Part shown: in pieces, positions 8,364 to 18,447 of the stretch | Layout: the number at the start of each line of letters is the position of its first letter | Numbering within the stretch: position 1 is the first letter of the stretch | Origin: Limnochordia bacterium | GTDB taxonomy: Bacteria; Bacillota; Limnochordia; DTU080 | Direction: 5' to 3' | Assembly (NCBI GenBank): GCA_050951545.1 | Contig: JBMNJG010000011.1 | Coordinates: 96,001-160,000, forward strand | DNA: 64,000 nucleotides | Program-made: the position numbers and the translations under genes | The notes under the pieces: generated by a model | Told to the model about the DNA's origin: nothing | Databases searched by the model: none | The model's input: only the letters and a program-made list of their open reading frames with translations

Positions 8364-11300
8364 GTGGCTAAGTGGTCCTTTGCTGGATTCCAGCGATGGT
8401 ATGTGCAGACGCTCAACGATGAGGAGGTGAGCGCTGCCCTGGCTGAACTGGACCCTCCACCCAGGGGATTGGGGGAAGCCTCCCCTCAAAAGCGACGGGA
8501 GATGCTTCTCAGGCTCTGGCGCAAGCATCCCCAGGCGAGTGTTACCATAGGCTGCTATCTGGGCTCAGTTTGTGCCGGGCTACGCGAGGCTCTTAGGCCG
8601 TGCACCGTGGACGGTATTCGTTCGCGTCTTGACGATCTTGTCGAGACGCATGGGGTAAGAGACCTAGCCTGCGCACTCTTCATCGACACGTCAGAATACC
8701 ACCGCGAGTTGGGGGCGGAGGTCTTGACTCGGTGGGGCGACATGGCTGTTCGTCCAGCATCGGCAGAGGCCGAAATAGCCACGGCGCAAGAAGAGATGTC
8801 GCCAGTTTTCTCCGCAGACCAGGCGAAAGCCCAGCTCTCGAGGATTGCCTCTTGGCTGCAGGGGGCACCGCCGGGGGCTGTTGCTGAGGAAGCATTCGTG
8901 GCGGCCCTTAGTGCGGTGCAAAGTGCCTGGAAAAGCTACACACAACGTTCAGTTGCCAGGCAGGTGCATATTGAGGCCTTGCGAGGATGCCTGAAACGAC
9001 TCACCAAAGACCTAGCCGCCGAGGTGGCTTACTTTGAGTTGGCAGACGTATTGCCGCTGGAGATAGCGACCTACCTTGCGGGCACGTTGGATCTCGAAGA
9101 GGCGAGTCGGCGGATGCAGACGATCTGCCTGCACTGTGAAGCTGCCAGCGAGTTGCGGCAACAGTTAGGAGTAACCATAGGGCGCGACCAGGCGATCGCC
9201 GCCCGCCTGCGCGAAATCGGGGAGCAGATCCAAACGATTGCTGGAGCCCTGTGCAAAGGCCTGGCCGGCACGCCCTCCAGTACGCACTCAGATATACCCG
9301 AGCCACCTGAGCCACCTGAGCCACCTGAGCCACCTGAGCCACCTGAGCCACCTGAGCCACCTGAGCCACCTGAGCCACCTGAGCCACCTGAGCCACCTGA
9401 GCCACCTGAGCCACCTGAGCCACCTGAGCCACCTGAGCCACCTGAGCCACCTGAGCCACCTGAGCCACCTGAGCCGCCCGAGCCGCCCGAGCCACCCGAG
9501 CCGCCCGAGCCGCCCGAGCCGCCCGAGCCGCCCGAGCCGCCCGAGCCGCCCAGCCCGCGAGCAGAACAGTTCTGGGGAGCTATAGAGCGTTCAGATTTCG
9601 CTCTGGCCTATTGGTTGGCCAGGGAGCACGAAGATGGGGGAGGGGAGGCCGGACAGCTACTGCCGTCTTGGTTCGTGATGGCCTTGGGTATCGGTGTTCA
9701 GGGTGATCTTTCACAGGTTCAGATGCAGGAAAGATGGCGCGACATTGCCTATGCACACCCGGATCCTTTGCTCGACCTTCACGGCTACTGGGGAGAGTCC
9801 GCAGTAGCTCAGCTGGCCACTGCGGCAAGTCTGCGCCCAGCATTGCTGGCTCCCGAAAGTGGCGCTGTTGGGTGGCTACGCGAGGTGCAGGAAGAGCTGA
9901 GTCCTGCGAATGCTTCGGGCGAACTTCTTCACGCGGTGGTGGAGTTCGCCCAGCGAGGCGTGGCTTTCGACCCCACGCGACTGGCGGGCTCCTTGGCGGA
10001 CGAAACGCGCCGCAAGCGATTGGCAGACGTTGCGCGAGAGATGCATGAGTGGCGGGAGCAGACTACACAGGCAAAAACGGCCTATGCCACCGCCACACGA
10101 GTGATGAAACACCTTGCTTCATCTGCAAGTGAGACGGGAGCGGTCGTGGAGGCCGTCTTGGCGGGAGACCCCAACGCGGGGGAGGCTGCGCGGCAGCTTC
10201 TCGCACGGCGTCTTGCCAGCGAACGGCTGATGAAAGACTATGTGAGCGCGGCTACCTCGGTGGGCCGCGGCCCTCAGGGCAAGGCCAAGGAGATCCGTGG
10301 GCAACCCCTTGATCAAATTCTGCGGCGTCTCGAGCATCTGCAGAACATCCTTGAGCGTTGGTTGCGTCTCACACGCGTTGGGCAGGAGAGCAGTGATGAT
10401 TGGCGCACGCGAGAAGCCGTTGCCCTTCGCGAGCGTTTCATGCGAGCCTGGCCGCAAGTCGAGCAAGAACCCATGACCGGGCCGGGTGGTGATGGTGACG
10501 AGGTTGCTTGCGTGATGCGGGCCGTACCCACGATAGTAAGGACTCTTGCGGCGGTAGCTCAGGAGCTCTTTTTTGGTCCCGATGGCGGTACTGTGAGCGA
10601 GCAGGGCTGCTGGCAGGAGGCCCTGAGACGTCCACTCCTGCTGATTAGCCCGCCACCGGCCCACGTGACTGATCCCTGGAGCCCCGAAGCATTTCGGCCG
10701 CAAGTCTCGCTTCTATCTGCAGTGCTCGAGGGTCGGACGCTTCGACAAGCATTTGATTTGCATCTTGACAGCGGATACCCGGAAGTGGCTGAGATGGTGC
10801 TGACTGAGCTCGAACGGGTCATTCCGGAAGAGAGCGAGCTTCTGCATGACCTTGTGGTGGCCGCCACAACTAAGGCAGAGCGGGCCTTGGCCGCCCGGCT
10901 AGAGGAAGTCCATCTGCAAGTGGAACGGGGATTCTTCGACCACAGTATTGGTGTTGAGGATTACTCGCATCTGCAGGGACGCCTACTCTCCGCTGAACAG
11001 GAAGCGAGCAACGGTAGGCGTCATTTTTCGGAGATCATGCAGGAGGTCTGCAGTGTCGAAGGTGAGATCGCCAGCCTACGTCACCGACGGGAACAGTCGC
11101 TGAGAGACTTGCTTACTCAGATTCGGGAGGAGTTGGGGGGTGGGGAAGGCCCCACTCTCGCCGAGGACGAAACCCGTTTGCGCTGTGTGGAGAAAGCTGA
11201 GGAGGCCTTGGTGAGTGGTGACCTGCCCCGAGCAGACGAGTACCTAACCTACGCTGAGATAGGGGGCGCACCGAGTCAGTCGGAGGATCTTGAGGACAGC

Positions 11301-14102
11301 AGCGTGGTAGAGCAGTTCTGCGCTGTGCAGGAGGACATTCAGCAGGCATTGCAGCGCCACGGCGAGAAGCTCGTCAATATGCTCAAGAACCGCAAGCGCG
11401 GTTTGGGGATCGACATGGGTCAGGTGCCGGGGGCCCGGGATTCTGAGATTGACGATGGACTCAGGGCCTACTGGTGGATCAAACGGCAGGATACGCTGAC
11501 AGCGAGCGGCATGATGCGGCGCAACATTACGCAAGTGCTCACATACTTGGGCTTTCATGAACCTAATGTCAGTATGAAGAGGATCGAAGAGCAGGCCGCA
11601 CATTTCGCGGCAACCATGAAGGCTGGTACGCTTTCGCCACTTCCGGAGTGGGGCTCTCTATGTCGGGATCACTACGATGTGGTCTTGGCGCGTGATCGCC
11701 CGAGTGCGGAGATGCTCGCTCAGGCGATCACCAGGTTTGGGCTGAGTGCCTCCAATCCGATTATCCTGTTCTTCGGGCGCCTCACCCAGCTGCAGCGAGA
11801 GGAATGGAGTGCCTACTGTCGGCAGCACAAGATGAGCGCTCTACTCATCGACGAGGTACTTCTCCACTTTTTGGCCTCGCGGCGCCAGACTCGGCTTCCT
11901 GCCGCTATCAGCTGCGGGGTTACTTGGGGCTACGCCAACCCCTATCGCTCCTCTGGGGCCATACCACCCGAGATCTTCAAGGGTCGCCACCATATGGTGG
12001 TCGACATAGCGAAGCCGATGGGGACATCACTTGTGTACGGTGGCCGCCAGTTTGGCAAGTCGGCACTGTTGCGGACAGTACAGCGCACCTACCATTGCCC
12101 TGAGCAGGGCGTTTTCGTCCTTTACGAGGATATCAAGACGTTGGGCGATCCGGAGGGTCATCACCTTGCCCGCGACATCTGGGTGAGACTACGTGATGAC
12201 TTGGCGACGGCTAGGATAGTGCAGCCGACTGCCAGCGAGTCACCGGACGCGTTGGGCAGACGCGTTCTGGATGTGCTCGAGCAAAAGCCGACGATGCGCA
12301 TTCTAGTCCTGCTCGACGAGGCAGACAGCTTCCTTCAGGCAGATGCCAAGGAGAATTTCCCCGAAGTACATGAGCTCAGGCGGATCATCGACGCTAGCCA
12401 AGGGCGGTTCAAAGTGGTCTTTTGTGGCTTGCACAGTGTGCAGCGTTTCTGTGCACGGCCGAACCATCCGTTCGCCCAGCTAGGGAACGAACTGGTGGTG
12501 GGGCCACTGGAGCCGCGCGCCGCCTTGGAACTCATCCAGGGGCCGATGGCGGCCATCGGTTTCGCGCTTGGTGAGGATGTCGCTCTACGCATCCTATGCT
12601 ACACGAACTATCACCCAGCCCTTATCCAGCAGTTCTGCTTGGAGCTGGTTACTCTTGTGCGTCAACGTCTCGATAGGCCGCCCTATGTCGTGACCATGGC
12701 CGATGTAGAAGCTGTGTACCGCAAGGCTGAAGTGCGCGGCTTTATGCGGGAGCGTTTTGAGTGGACGCTCAGACTCGATGAACGATATACGGCTATGGTC
12801 TACGCCATGGTCGCAGCCCAGTTCGAGGACATGGATGGTTATCGCCGGGAGTTCACTACGGGAGAGGCACTGGAAATCGCCAAGTCTCACTGGCCCGCAG
12901 GCTTTGCCTATCGGCAACTGGACGAGGCGAAGTCACTGCTTGATGAGCTGGTGGGTTTGGGAGTGCTTGTTCGTCGGGACAACGGAAAGTACCGGCTTCG
13001 GAATGGCAATGTGGCTCGTCTGCTGGGGGCGCAGGATGAGATCAGGGACAAGCTCGAGCAACTGGCTACAAAACCAGCCCCTGTGGAGTTTGACCCGGAT
13101 CAGACTCGCTTTGTTATCAGCGAAGAGGGCGAAAGGCGCAGCCCCCTCACACAGAAACAGGCTGGCGAGCTGACGCGTCCTCGGTCGGGTGTTGGGTTAG
13201 TCTTCGGCAGTGAGGCACTGCATCGCTCAGGCGTATTGGATGCCTTGGGGGTTGTGATGCGTGTCGCGCGTCGCGATGGGCAGATCATCACTACCGCTAG
13301 CCGGTTGAGTCCTCACGTGTCTAGCCTTCGAGAGGTGGAGGGCCAGCTGCAGTTACAGCGAGCAAAAAAGGCTGGTCGCTATCTGCTATACGCACCGGCC
13401 AACCATCTGGCCCTGACTCAGGAAGGTTTGCATACCAGTGTGGCCGAGATCAATCGAGTGCTGAGCAAGTACAAGAGCCGCCAGCGTTCTGTTCGCTTCA
13501 TCGTCTCATTTGGAGCGGCGGACTTGTATCGCTGGCTCATTGAGGAGTCGGGCGCCTGGGAGGGGATCGAAAACACTGTAGATGCCACGGCGGTCATTGC
13601 CCGCTGGAGTCGGCAGATGGTTGAAAAACTCCTTGAGAGCAAGGAGGTTCCCTGCACCGATCTGATCGTTGACGATGTTATGGCGATCACAGGAGGCTGG
13701 CCCTGGCTCCTCTTTCATTTCCGGCAGGGCGTCGATGCTGAACGAGACAAGGGTCACGCACCCGATCCCCGTCGGGTGGCCCGACAGCTACGCGAGAGGC
13801 TGCAGGATGACTCTGAGTTGCGGGCGGCCTTTGTCGATGCCCTGGAGGTAGATGATGTCCCCTATGGGGCAGCTCTTCTACATCTCATCCAGAGTCTAGA
13901 GCCGATAGAGTGGGATGATATCCCCTACCTCTTAGAGACCAGCGGGGAGCCGACAGTCCAGAACCTGCCTCTCCCAGAGGCGAGGGCCGCGGTGCAGACC
14001 CTGGCGCGCACGGGCCTGTTGGATGAAGGTGAAGATGGGCTACGCGTAGAGCCCGTGGCAGCTGCGGTAGTACTCCAGGAGGCGGTGGCCAGTCGTGCAT
14101 GA
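8364..14102 (+). CDS. Giant STAND-type P-loop NTPase (~1,912 aa) with Pro-Glu-Pro linker and a second degenerate STAND module
   Basis: GAGGAG RBS then GTG 8364. NPY..IFKGR, Walker A GGRQFGKS (12039-12062), Walker B LVLLDEAD (12303-12326), NYHP helical motif, wHTH LDELVGLGVL. C-terminal VFGSEALH / TGGWPWLL / LARTGLL. Confidence 0.8.
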   Translation: MAKWSFAGFQRWYVQTLNDEEVSAALAELDPPPRGLGEASPQKRREMLLRLWRKHPQASVTIGCYLGSVCAGLREALRPCTVDGIRSRLDDLVETHGVRDLACALFIDTSEYHRELGAEVLTRWGDMAVRPASAEAEIATAQEEMSPVFSADQAKAQLSRIASWLQGAPPGAVAEEAFVAALSAVQSAWKSYTQRSVARQVHIEALRGCLKRLTKDLAAEVAYFELADVLPLEIATYLAGTLDLEEASRRMQTICLHCEAASELRQQLGVTIGRDQAIAARLREIGEQIQTIAGALCKGLAGTPSSTHSDIPEPPEPPEPPEPPEPPEPPEPPEPPEPPEPPEPPEPPEPPEPPEPPEPPEPPEPPEPPEPPEPPEPPEPPEPPEPPEPPEPPEPPSPRAEQFWGAIERSDFALAYWLAREHEDGGGEAGQLLPSWFVMALGIGVQGDLSQVQMQERWRDIAYAHPDPLLDLHGYWGESAVAQLATAASLRPALLAPESGAVGWLREVQEELSPANASGELLHAVVEFAQRGVAFDPTRLAGSLADETRRKRLADVAREMHEWREQTTQAKTAYATATRVMKHLASSASETGAVVEAVLAGDPNAGEAARQLLARRLASERLMKDYVSAATSVGRGPQGKAKEIRGQPLDQILRRLEHLQNILERWLRLTRVGQESSDDWRTREAVALRERFMRAWPQVEQEPMTGPGGDGDEVACVMRAVPTIVRTLAAVAQELFFGPDGGTVSEQGCWQEALRRPLLLISPPPAHVTDPWSPEAFRPQVSLLSAVLEGRTLRQAFDLHLDSGYPEVAEMVLTELERVIPEESELLHDLVVAATTKAERALAARLEEVHLQVERGFFDHSIGVEDYSHLQGRLLSAEQEASNGRRHFSEIMQEVCSVEGEIASLRHRREQSLRDLLTQIREELGGGEGPTLAEDETRLRCVEKAEEALVSGDLPRADEYLTYAEIGGAPSQSEDLEDSSVVEQFCAVQEDIQQALQRHGEKLVNMLKNRKRGLGIDMGQVPGARDSEIDDGLRAYWWIKRQDTLTASGMMRRNITQVLTYLGFHEPNVSMKRIEEQAAHFAATMKAGTLSPLPEWGSLCRDHYDVVLARDRPSAEMLAQAITRFGLSASNPIILFFGRLTQLQREEWSAYCRQHKMSALLIDEVLLHFLASRRQTRLPAAISCGVTWGYANPYRSSGAIPPEIFKGRHHMVVDIAKPMGTSLVYGGRQFGKSALLRTVQRTYHCPEQGVFVLYEDIKTLGDPEGHHLARDIWVRLRDDLATARIVQPTASESPDALGRRVLDVLEQKPTMRILVLLDEADSFLQADAKENFPEVHELRRIIDASQGRFKVVFCGLHSVQRFCARPNHPFAQLGNELVVGPLEPRAALELIQGPMAAIGFALGEDVALRILCYTNYHPALIQQFCLELVTLVRQRLDRPPYVVTMADVEAVYRKAEVRGFMRERFEWTLRLDERYTAMVYAMVAAQFEDMDGYRREFTTGEALEIAKSHWPAGFAYRQLDEAKSLLDELVGLGVLVRRDNGKYRLRNGNVARLLGAQDEIRDKLEQLATKPAPVEFDPDQTRFVISEEGERRSPLTQKQAGELTRPRSGVGLVFGSEALHRSGVLDALGVVMRVARRDGQIITTASRLSPHVSSLREVEGQLQLQRAKKAGRYLLYAPANHLALTQEGLHTSVAEINRVLSKYKSRQRSVRFIVSFGAADLYRWLIEESGAWEGIENTVDATAVIARWSRQMVEKLLESKEVPCTDLIVDDVMAITGGWPWLLFHFRQGVDAERDKGHAPDPRRVARQLRERLQDDSELRAAFVDALEVDDVPYGAALLHLIQSLEPIEWDDIPYLLETSGEPTVQNLPLPEARAAVQTLARTGLLDEGEDGLRVEPVAAAVVLQEAVASRA
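9297..9548 (+). repeat. In-frame 9-bp tandem repeat, 28 units, encoding (PEP)28
   Basis: Units 2-19 are perfect CCTGAGCCA; units 20-28 are mostly CCCGAGCCG. Confidence 0.97.
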
Positions 14103-15330
14103 TCTGCACTTGGCCGCTCTTCGTTTACCAGAGCCTCAGCGGCGTTGCCAGCAACTCGCCGATGAGCTTATCCAGGGACGTAGTGTAGTGTGGGTAATGC
14201 CCCGCGATACCGAAAGTGCAACCATGTTAGGTTCAGTTTTGCAGCGTTGCAGACAGAGTGGACTTCTGCGCTATGAGCAGTTCGATCTCATTTCCGGATG
14301 CGGGGACTCACCAGCCATTCAAGTTGCTGATCGATGGGGGCTCGCGGATAGCATTTCGCCAAGTCGTCTCTACCGCGAGCTACATACCTCACAGGCGCTT
14401 CCCGAGTTGCTCGTGCTCGAGGGTCTGGCCCAGTTGCCCGAGGCGGATGTCGCAGCGTGGGTACGCTTCGTCCGCGCTTGGGTGGACGCTGCTCGTACGG
14501 TTGGCTCGGCGACGACCCCAAAAGCGCTCTTGGTGCCCGTGGACTCGTGGGAGATCGCAGTGCAATTTTCAGCCGACACCTACTTGGCGATCTCGTGGCT
14601 GTGGGGTTGGGTGGGCGTGCCGGAGGTAATGCTCCTGGCTCGCAGTCTGAGTCGGGAGAGGGGCTTGGCGCCGGATGCGTCTCTTTGGGTGCAAAGTGTG
14701 TACACCCACTTAGCTGGTGGTGACATCGAGTGCTTAGCCTGGCTTGTGGATCGAGGTGCGCCGCCCATCCAGGATGACAGAGTCCATGCCCTGCTGGTGG
14801 AGTATGCTGAACATAAGGGGTGGGGGAAGCATCTGCTCAATGGGCAGAGGAGGATTGCCGCCACTTCGAGTCCTTATCAGAGGTTGGCTCCGCCGGAGTC
14901 CTTGCGGCCTCTTTGGCATGTTGGGGCTGTGGACGATAACGATGGGCACCCCAAGTTCCACGCCGCCTTGCTTGCGGCGGCAGGTCGGAGGCGAGACATT
15001 CGCTGCCAAGTGTGGGCTGCGCAGGCGAGTTGCTTGCTTCCCCTGATGGATCGCTGGCGACTTAACGCCTGTGATAAATTGGCCAGTACCTACTCCGATT
15101 GGTCCAGAGCCTGCGCCCAGGACGAGCTAGCGACGGCAGTATCGGGTGGAGCTACTGCAGTGGAGTTTGCTGACATGGACAACTTCCTGGCGAACCCTCG
15201 TCTGCGTCCGCCAGCGGATCGTGAGCTGAAGCGTCGCACGACAAGGTTACGCCACCGGCGCAATCAGCTTGCGCACTGCGTGCCGTTGTCGTGGGAGGAG
15301 TTTCAGGAAGTCTGCACAGACTGCAGATGA
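14095..15330 (+). CDS. Hypothetical protein: degenerate STAND-like N-terminus with C-terminal HEPN-like RxxxxH motif
   Basis: Overlaps the upstream stop by 8 nt with a GGAGG RBS. GRSVVWVMP (dead P-loop-like), LLVLEGL (Walker B-like), LAGGD, and LRHRRNQLAH (RNQLAH at 15259-15276). Confidence 0.6.
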   Translation: MHDLHLAALRLPEPQRRCQQLADELIQGRSVVWVMPRDTESATMLGSVLQRCRQSGLLRYEQFDLISGCGDSPAIQVADRWGLADSISPSRLYRELHTSQALPELLVLEGLAQLPEADVAAWVRFVRAWVDAARTVGSATTPKALLVPVDSWEIAVQFSADTYLAISWLWGWVGVPEVMLLARSLSRERGLAPDASLWVQSVYTHLAGGDIECLAWLVDRGAPPIQDDRVHALLVEYAEHKGWGKHLLNGQRRIAATSSPYQRLAPPESLRPLWHVGAVDDNDGHPKFHAALLAAAGRRRDIRCQVWAAQASCLLPLMDRWRLNACDKLASTYSDWSRACAQDELATAVSGGATAVEFADMDNFLANPRLRPPADRELKRRTTRLRHRRNQLAHCVPLSWEEFQEVCTDCR

Positions 15331-15737
15331 TCAGATGCCAGTGCCGCTAGAGGTTGCCAGAAGCGTGTCTTTTTCAGGTTGATTGGTCGTCCATCTCGGT
15401 TTACAAACGCGTGCCGGGTGCTGCCCGTAGCGATAGTCGTAGAGTCCTCGCTCCGTACCACATAGTCCATCTTGAGGCGTACAGGAGTCAGGTGCCGGAG
15501 AATAGCTTTCACTTCCACCAGCTGATCGTAGTAGGCAGGGCGCAGGAACTGGCACTCCATGTGGGTCACCATGATCAGCACCCCTTCAGCCTCAAAAGAG
15601 GAGTAGGGGAGGTTGATGTTGCGGAAAAAGGCACTCCTTGCCGCCTCGAACCATATTGGGTAGACGGCGTGGTGAACCACTCCCATCTGGTCAGTCTCGG
15701 CGTAGCGGACACGGACCTGAATGCAGTGTGGGCGCAA
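15303..15737 (-). CDS. Acyl-CoA thioesterase (YbgC/FadM, 4HBT family)
   Basis: VRVRYAETDQMGVVHHAVYPIWFEAAR. Confidence 0.9.
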   Translation of the reverse strand: MRPHCIQVRVRYAETDQMGVVHHAVYPIWFEAARSAFFRNINLPYSSFEAEGVLIMVTHMECQFLRPAYYDQLVEVKAILRHLTPVRLKMDYVVRSEDSTTIATGSTRHAFVNRDGRPINLKKTRFWQPLAALASDHLQSVQTS

Positions 15738-15913
15738 GGTATGTCAGCTCCTAGAATGGCGTCGGTCTTTTCCATGCGTGATCGCAGACCAAGAAGTGTT
15801 TGATGTCTACTGCTAGAATACCTTCGCAGTCAAGCTTCAGTCAATCAGTTGCGGCGGGCTGTGTGATAGAATTGAATCTAAGGGCATCAGTCCTTGGAAA
15901 GGGTGAGTGGTAG

Positions 15914-16789
15914 ATGCGCATAGCTTGCCTACTTTGGGAGGGGAACGAGCGACTGGGGATCCTAGACTGTGAGGGTCAGCAAATAGCAGTGAAAGCACTA
16001 TCGCCGCAGGAGTATTGGGCGACGAGTTTCTTGGAGCGTTCGAAGACACTAGCTGGAGCCAGAACTGTTGTGAACTTGTCGGTAACTGAGGCTGAGTTAC
16101 TTCCACCGGTGCCGCGGCCCCCGAAACTGCTATGCGTGGCTGTTAACTACTTGGAGCACATGCGCGAAACAGGTAGGCACGAATCAGTGGGCGATGTGCG
16201 TCCGCAGCTATTCATGAAGCCGCCCACGACCTCGCTTCGCGCTCACAAGGCCACCGTCTATCTGCCGCTCACGACTCAGCACTTCGACTACGAGGCAGAA
16301 CTCGCAGTGGTCATCGGTGACTACCTTTACCAGCCAGCCGATCATGAGGCGGCAATGGAGGCGGTGGCAGGCTACTCGGCGTTCAATGATCTGTCGGAGC
16401 GGAAGCTTAAGGTAGACCCTCGCGAGGACACGCGTGACAACACCCCGTTCTTCGACTGGCTAGCTGGGAAGTGGATCAATGGAAGTGCCCCTATGGGTCC
16501 ATGGCTAGTGACCCCCGATGAGATTCCTGATCCCCAGGATCTCACTCTACAGCTATTTCTCAACGGTGAGCTTATGCAGTCATCTTCGACGGCAGCTATG
16601 ATGTGCTCGGTAGCTGATATTGTCTGGTACGCCTCTCAGATCATGACCTTGGAGCCCGGCGACATCATCGCTACAGGCACTCCGGCGGGCGTGGGCATCT
16701 CCAGGCGGATTGCATTGAAGCCGGGTGACACCACTGACGTTGTGATCGAGAAGATTGGTACCTTGACCACCACGTTTGCGGGCGAGTGA
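15914..16789 (+). CDS. Fumarylacetoacetate hydrolase family protein
   Basis: CVAVNYLEH, DYEAELAVVIG, NDLSER, GPWLVT, PGDIIATGTPAGVG. Confidence 0.9.
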   Translation: MRIACLLWEGNERLGILDCEGQQIAVKALSPQEYWATSFLERSKTLAGARTVVNLSVTEAELLPPVPRPPKLLCVAVNYLEHMRETGRHESVGDVRPQLFMKPPTTSLRAHKATVYLPLTTQHFDYEAELAVVIGDYLYQPADHEAAMEAVAGYSAFNDLSERKLKVDPREDTRDNTPFFDWLAGKWINGSAPMGPWLVTPDEIPDPQDLTLQLFLNGELMQSSSTAAMMCSVADIVWYASQIMTLEPGDIIATGTPAGVGISRRIALKPGDTTDVVIEKIGTLTTTFAGE

Positions 16790-16815
16790 TTCGCATGGCG
16801 CAAGGAGGGGTGTCG

Positions 16816-18447
16816 ATGTCTGAGCGCGTATCTGCAGTGGCTACGCAGCCAGTACAGTGGAGCTATATCTCTGGAAAGGCCTACGATGATCCGTTCAGTG
16901 CTGTAGACCTGGATGTCTTGTTCGTCGATGTGGCAGGACATGAATGGCGAGTACCAGCTTTCTGGGCTGGCGACATGACATGGTGCGTGCGCTTTGCGCC
17001 ACCGCACACCGGCACCTTTCAGTTTCGGACTGTCTGCTCGGACGCGACCAATTCAGATCTGCATGATCATCGTGGTCTCTTGGAAGCTGGCCCGTATCGA
17101 GGGGAGAACCCGCTTTTTGTTCATGGCGGCCTACGCGTGAGCGAGAATGCACGTCACTTGCAGCATAGTGATGGTATGCCGTTTTTTTGGCTGGCTGACA
17201 CATGGTGGATGGCTCTGAGCAAGCGCCTGGTCTGGCCCGATGAGTTTCAGCTGTTGGTAGAAGACCGCAAGCGCAAAGGGTTTACTGTCATTCAGCTGGT
17301 CGCTGGGCTCTTTCCCGACATGGCGCCGCTAGACACGCGTTCAGCAAATGAGGCTGGGCTGGCTTGGACGTCGGGGTTCGCTCAGGTGAGGCCAGCCTAC
17401 TTTGACATGGCGGATCTACGCATACAGTTTTTGGTTAGGATGGGCTTGGTACCGTGTATAGTGGGCTGTTGGGGGTATTATTTGCCTTTCATGGGCATGG
17501 AGGCGGTGCGCCTTCACTGGCGCTATCTGGTGGCTCGTTACGCGGCCTATCCGGTGGTCTGGTGTGTGGCAGGCGAGGCTGCCATGCCGTACTATCTATC
17601 CACTGATAAAAAGAGGGATCGGGCTAGTCAGGTAGCTGGCTGGAGTACAATCGCTCGCTATGTACGGCAAATAGACCCTTTTCGGCGTCCGCTGACTGTC
17701 CATCCAACGGATGCGTCACGCAATCAGATTGACGACGCGTCTGTGCTGGACTTCGAGATGTTACAGACAGGTCACGGGGGGCACGAAAGCATCGCTAACA
17801 CTGTGGAGGCCATTGTAGAGGCTGTGGCGCGTCCGCCGAGAATGCCGGTGGTCAGCGCTGAGGTCTGCTATGAGGGCATCTTTGGGGGAAGTCATGAGGA
17901 AGTACAGCGCATCGTTTTCTGGGCGAGTCTGCTCTCCGGTGCGGCAGGGCATACCTACGGCGCCAACGGTCTCTGGCAGTTTAACCGGCGTGAGCTGCCC
18001 TTTGGCCCGTCACCGCATGGGGCTAGCTGGGGCAACACGTCGTGGGATGAAGCCATGGGTCTACCAGGTTCCGTCCACGTCGGAATAGGCAAAGCGATCC
18101 TGGAGCGCTTTGCGTGGTGGCGACTCGAGCCTCATTCTGAGTGGGTGGAGCCTTGTGCAGGGCCGCACAACTACAAGGCAGCCTATGCTGCGGGCATTCC
18201 GGGCGAGGTTCGCCTCTTTTACTTTCCCACACCGATCTGCCCTTGGTCGCGGCCGGTTCTGCTTAAGGCTCTCGAGGCAGATACTACCTATGAAGCCACA
18301 TGGGTGGACCCCAGAACGGGGGCGGATGCTCCTCTCGGCACGGTAACGCCGAACCCCGACGGGCAGTGGCGAGTGCCCTATCCACCCACCCTGGAGGACT
18401 GGGTGCTGGTGCTTCAGTCCACAGCGGGTACCGCCAGGCGTGCTTAG
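16816..18447 (+). CDS. DUF5060/DUF4038 (apiosidase/GH140-like) glycoside hydrolase
   Basis: VPAFWAG, PFFWLADTWW, WRYLVARY, MLQTGH, EVCYEG, GHTYGANGLW. GGAGG RBS. Confidence 0.8.
   Translation: MSERVSAVATQPVQWSYISGKAYDDPFSAVDLDVLFVDVAGHEWRVPAFWAGDMTWCVRFAPPHTGTFQFRTVCSDATNSDLHDHRGLLEAGPYRGENPLFVHGGLRVSENARHLQHSDGMPFFWLADTWWMALSKRLVWPDEFQLLVEDRKRKGFTVIQLVAGLFPDMAPLDTRSANEAGLAWTSGFAQVRPAYFDMADLRIQFLVRMGLVPCIVGCWGYYLPFMGMEAVRLHWRYLVARYAAYPVVWCVAGEAAMPYYLSTDKKRDRASQVAGWSTIARYVRQIDPFRRPLTVHPTDASRNQIDDASVLDFEMLQTGHGGHESIANTVEAIVEAVARPPRMPVVSAEVCYEGIFGGSHEEVQRIVFWASLLSGAAGHTYGANGLWQFNRRELPFGPSPHGASWGNTSWDEAMGLPGSVHVGIGKAILERFAWWRLEPHSEWVEPCAGPHNYKAAYAAGIPGEVRLFYFPTPICPWSRPVLLKALEADTTYEATWVDPRTGADAPLGTVTPNPDGQWRVPYPPTLEDWVLVLQSTAGTARRA

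Noticed and set aside
9297-9548. Possible CRISPR array
   Set aside because: 9-bp head-to-tail units without spacers, in frame within a CDS; no cas genes.
9001-9585. Alternative-frame ORFs with (AQV)n and (SHL)n repeats
   Set aside because: By-products of the stop-free 9-bp repeat; no RBS or domain.
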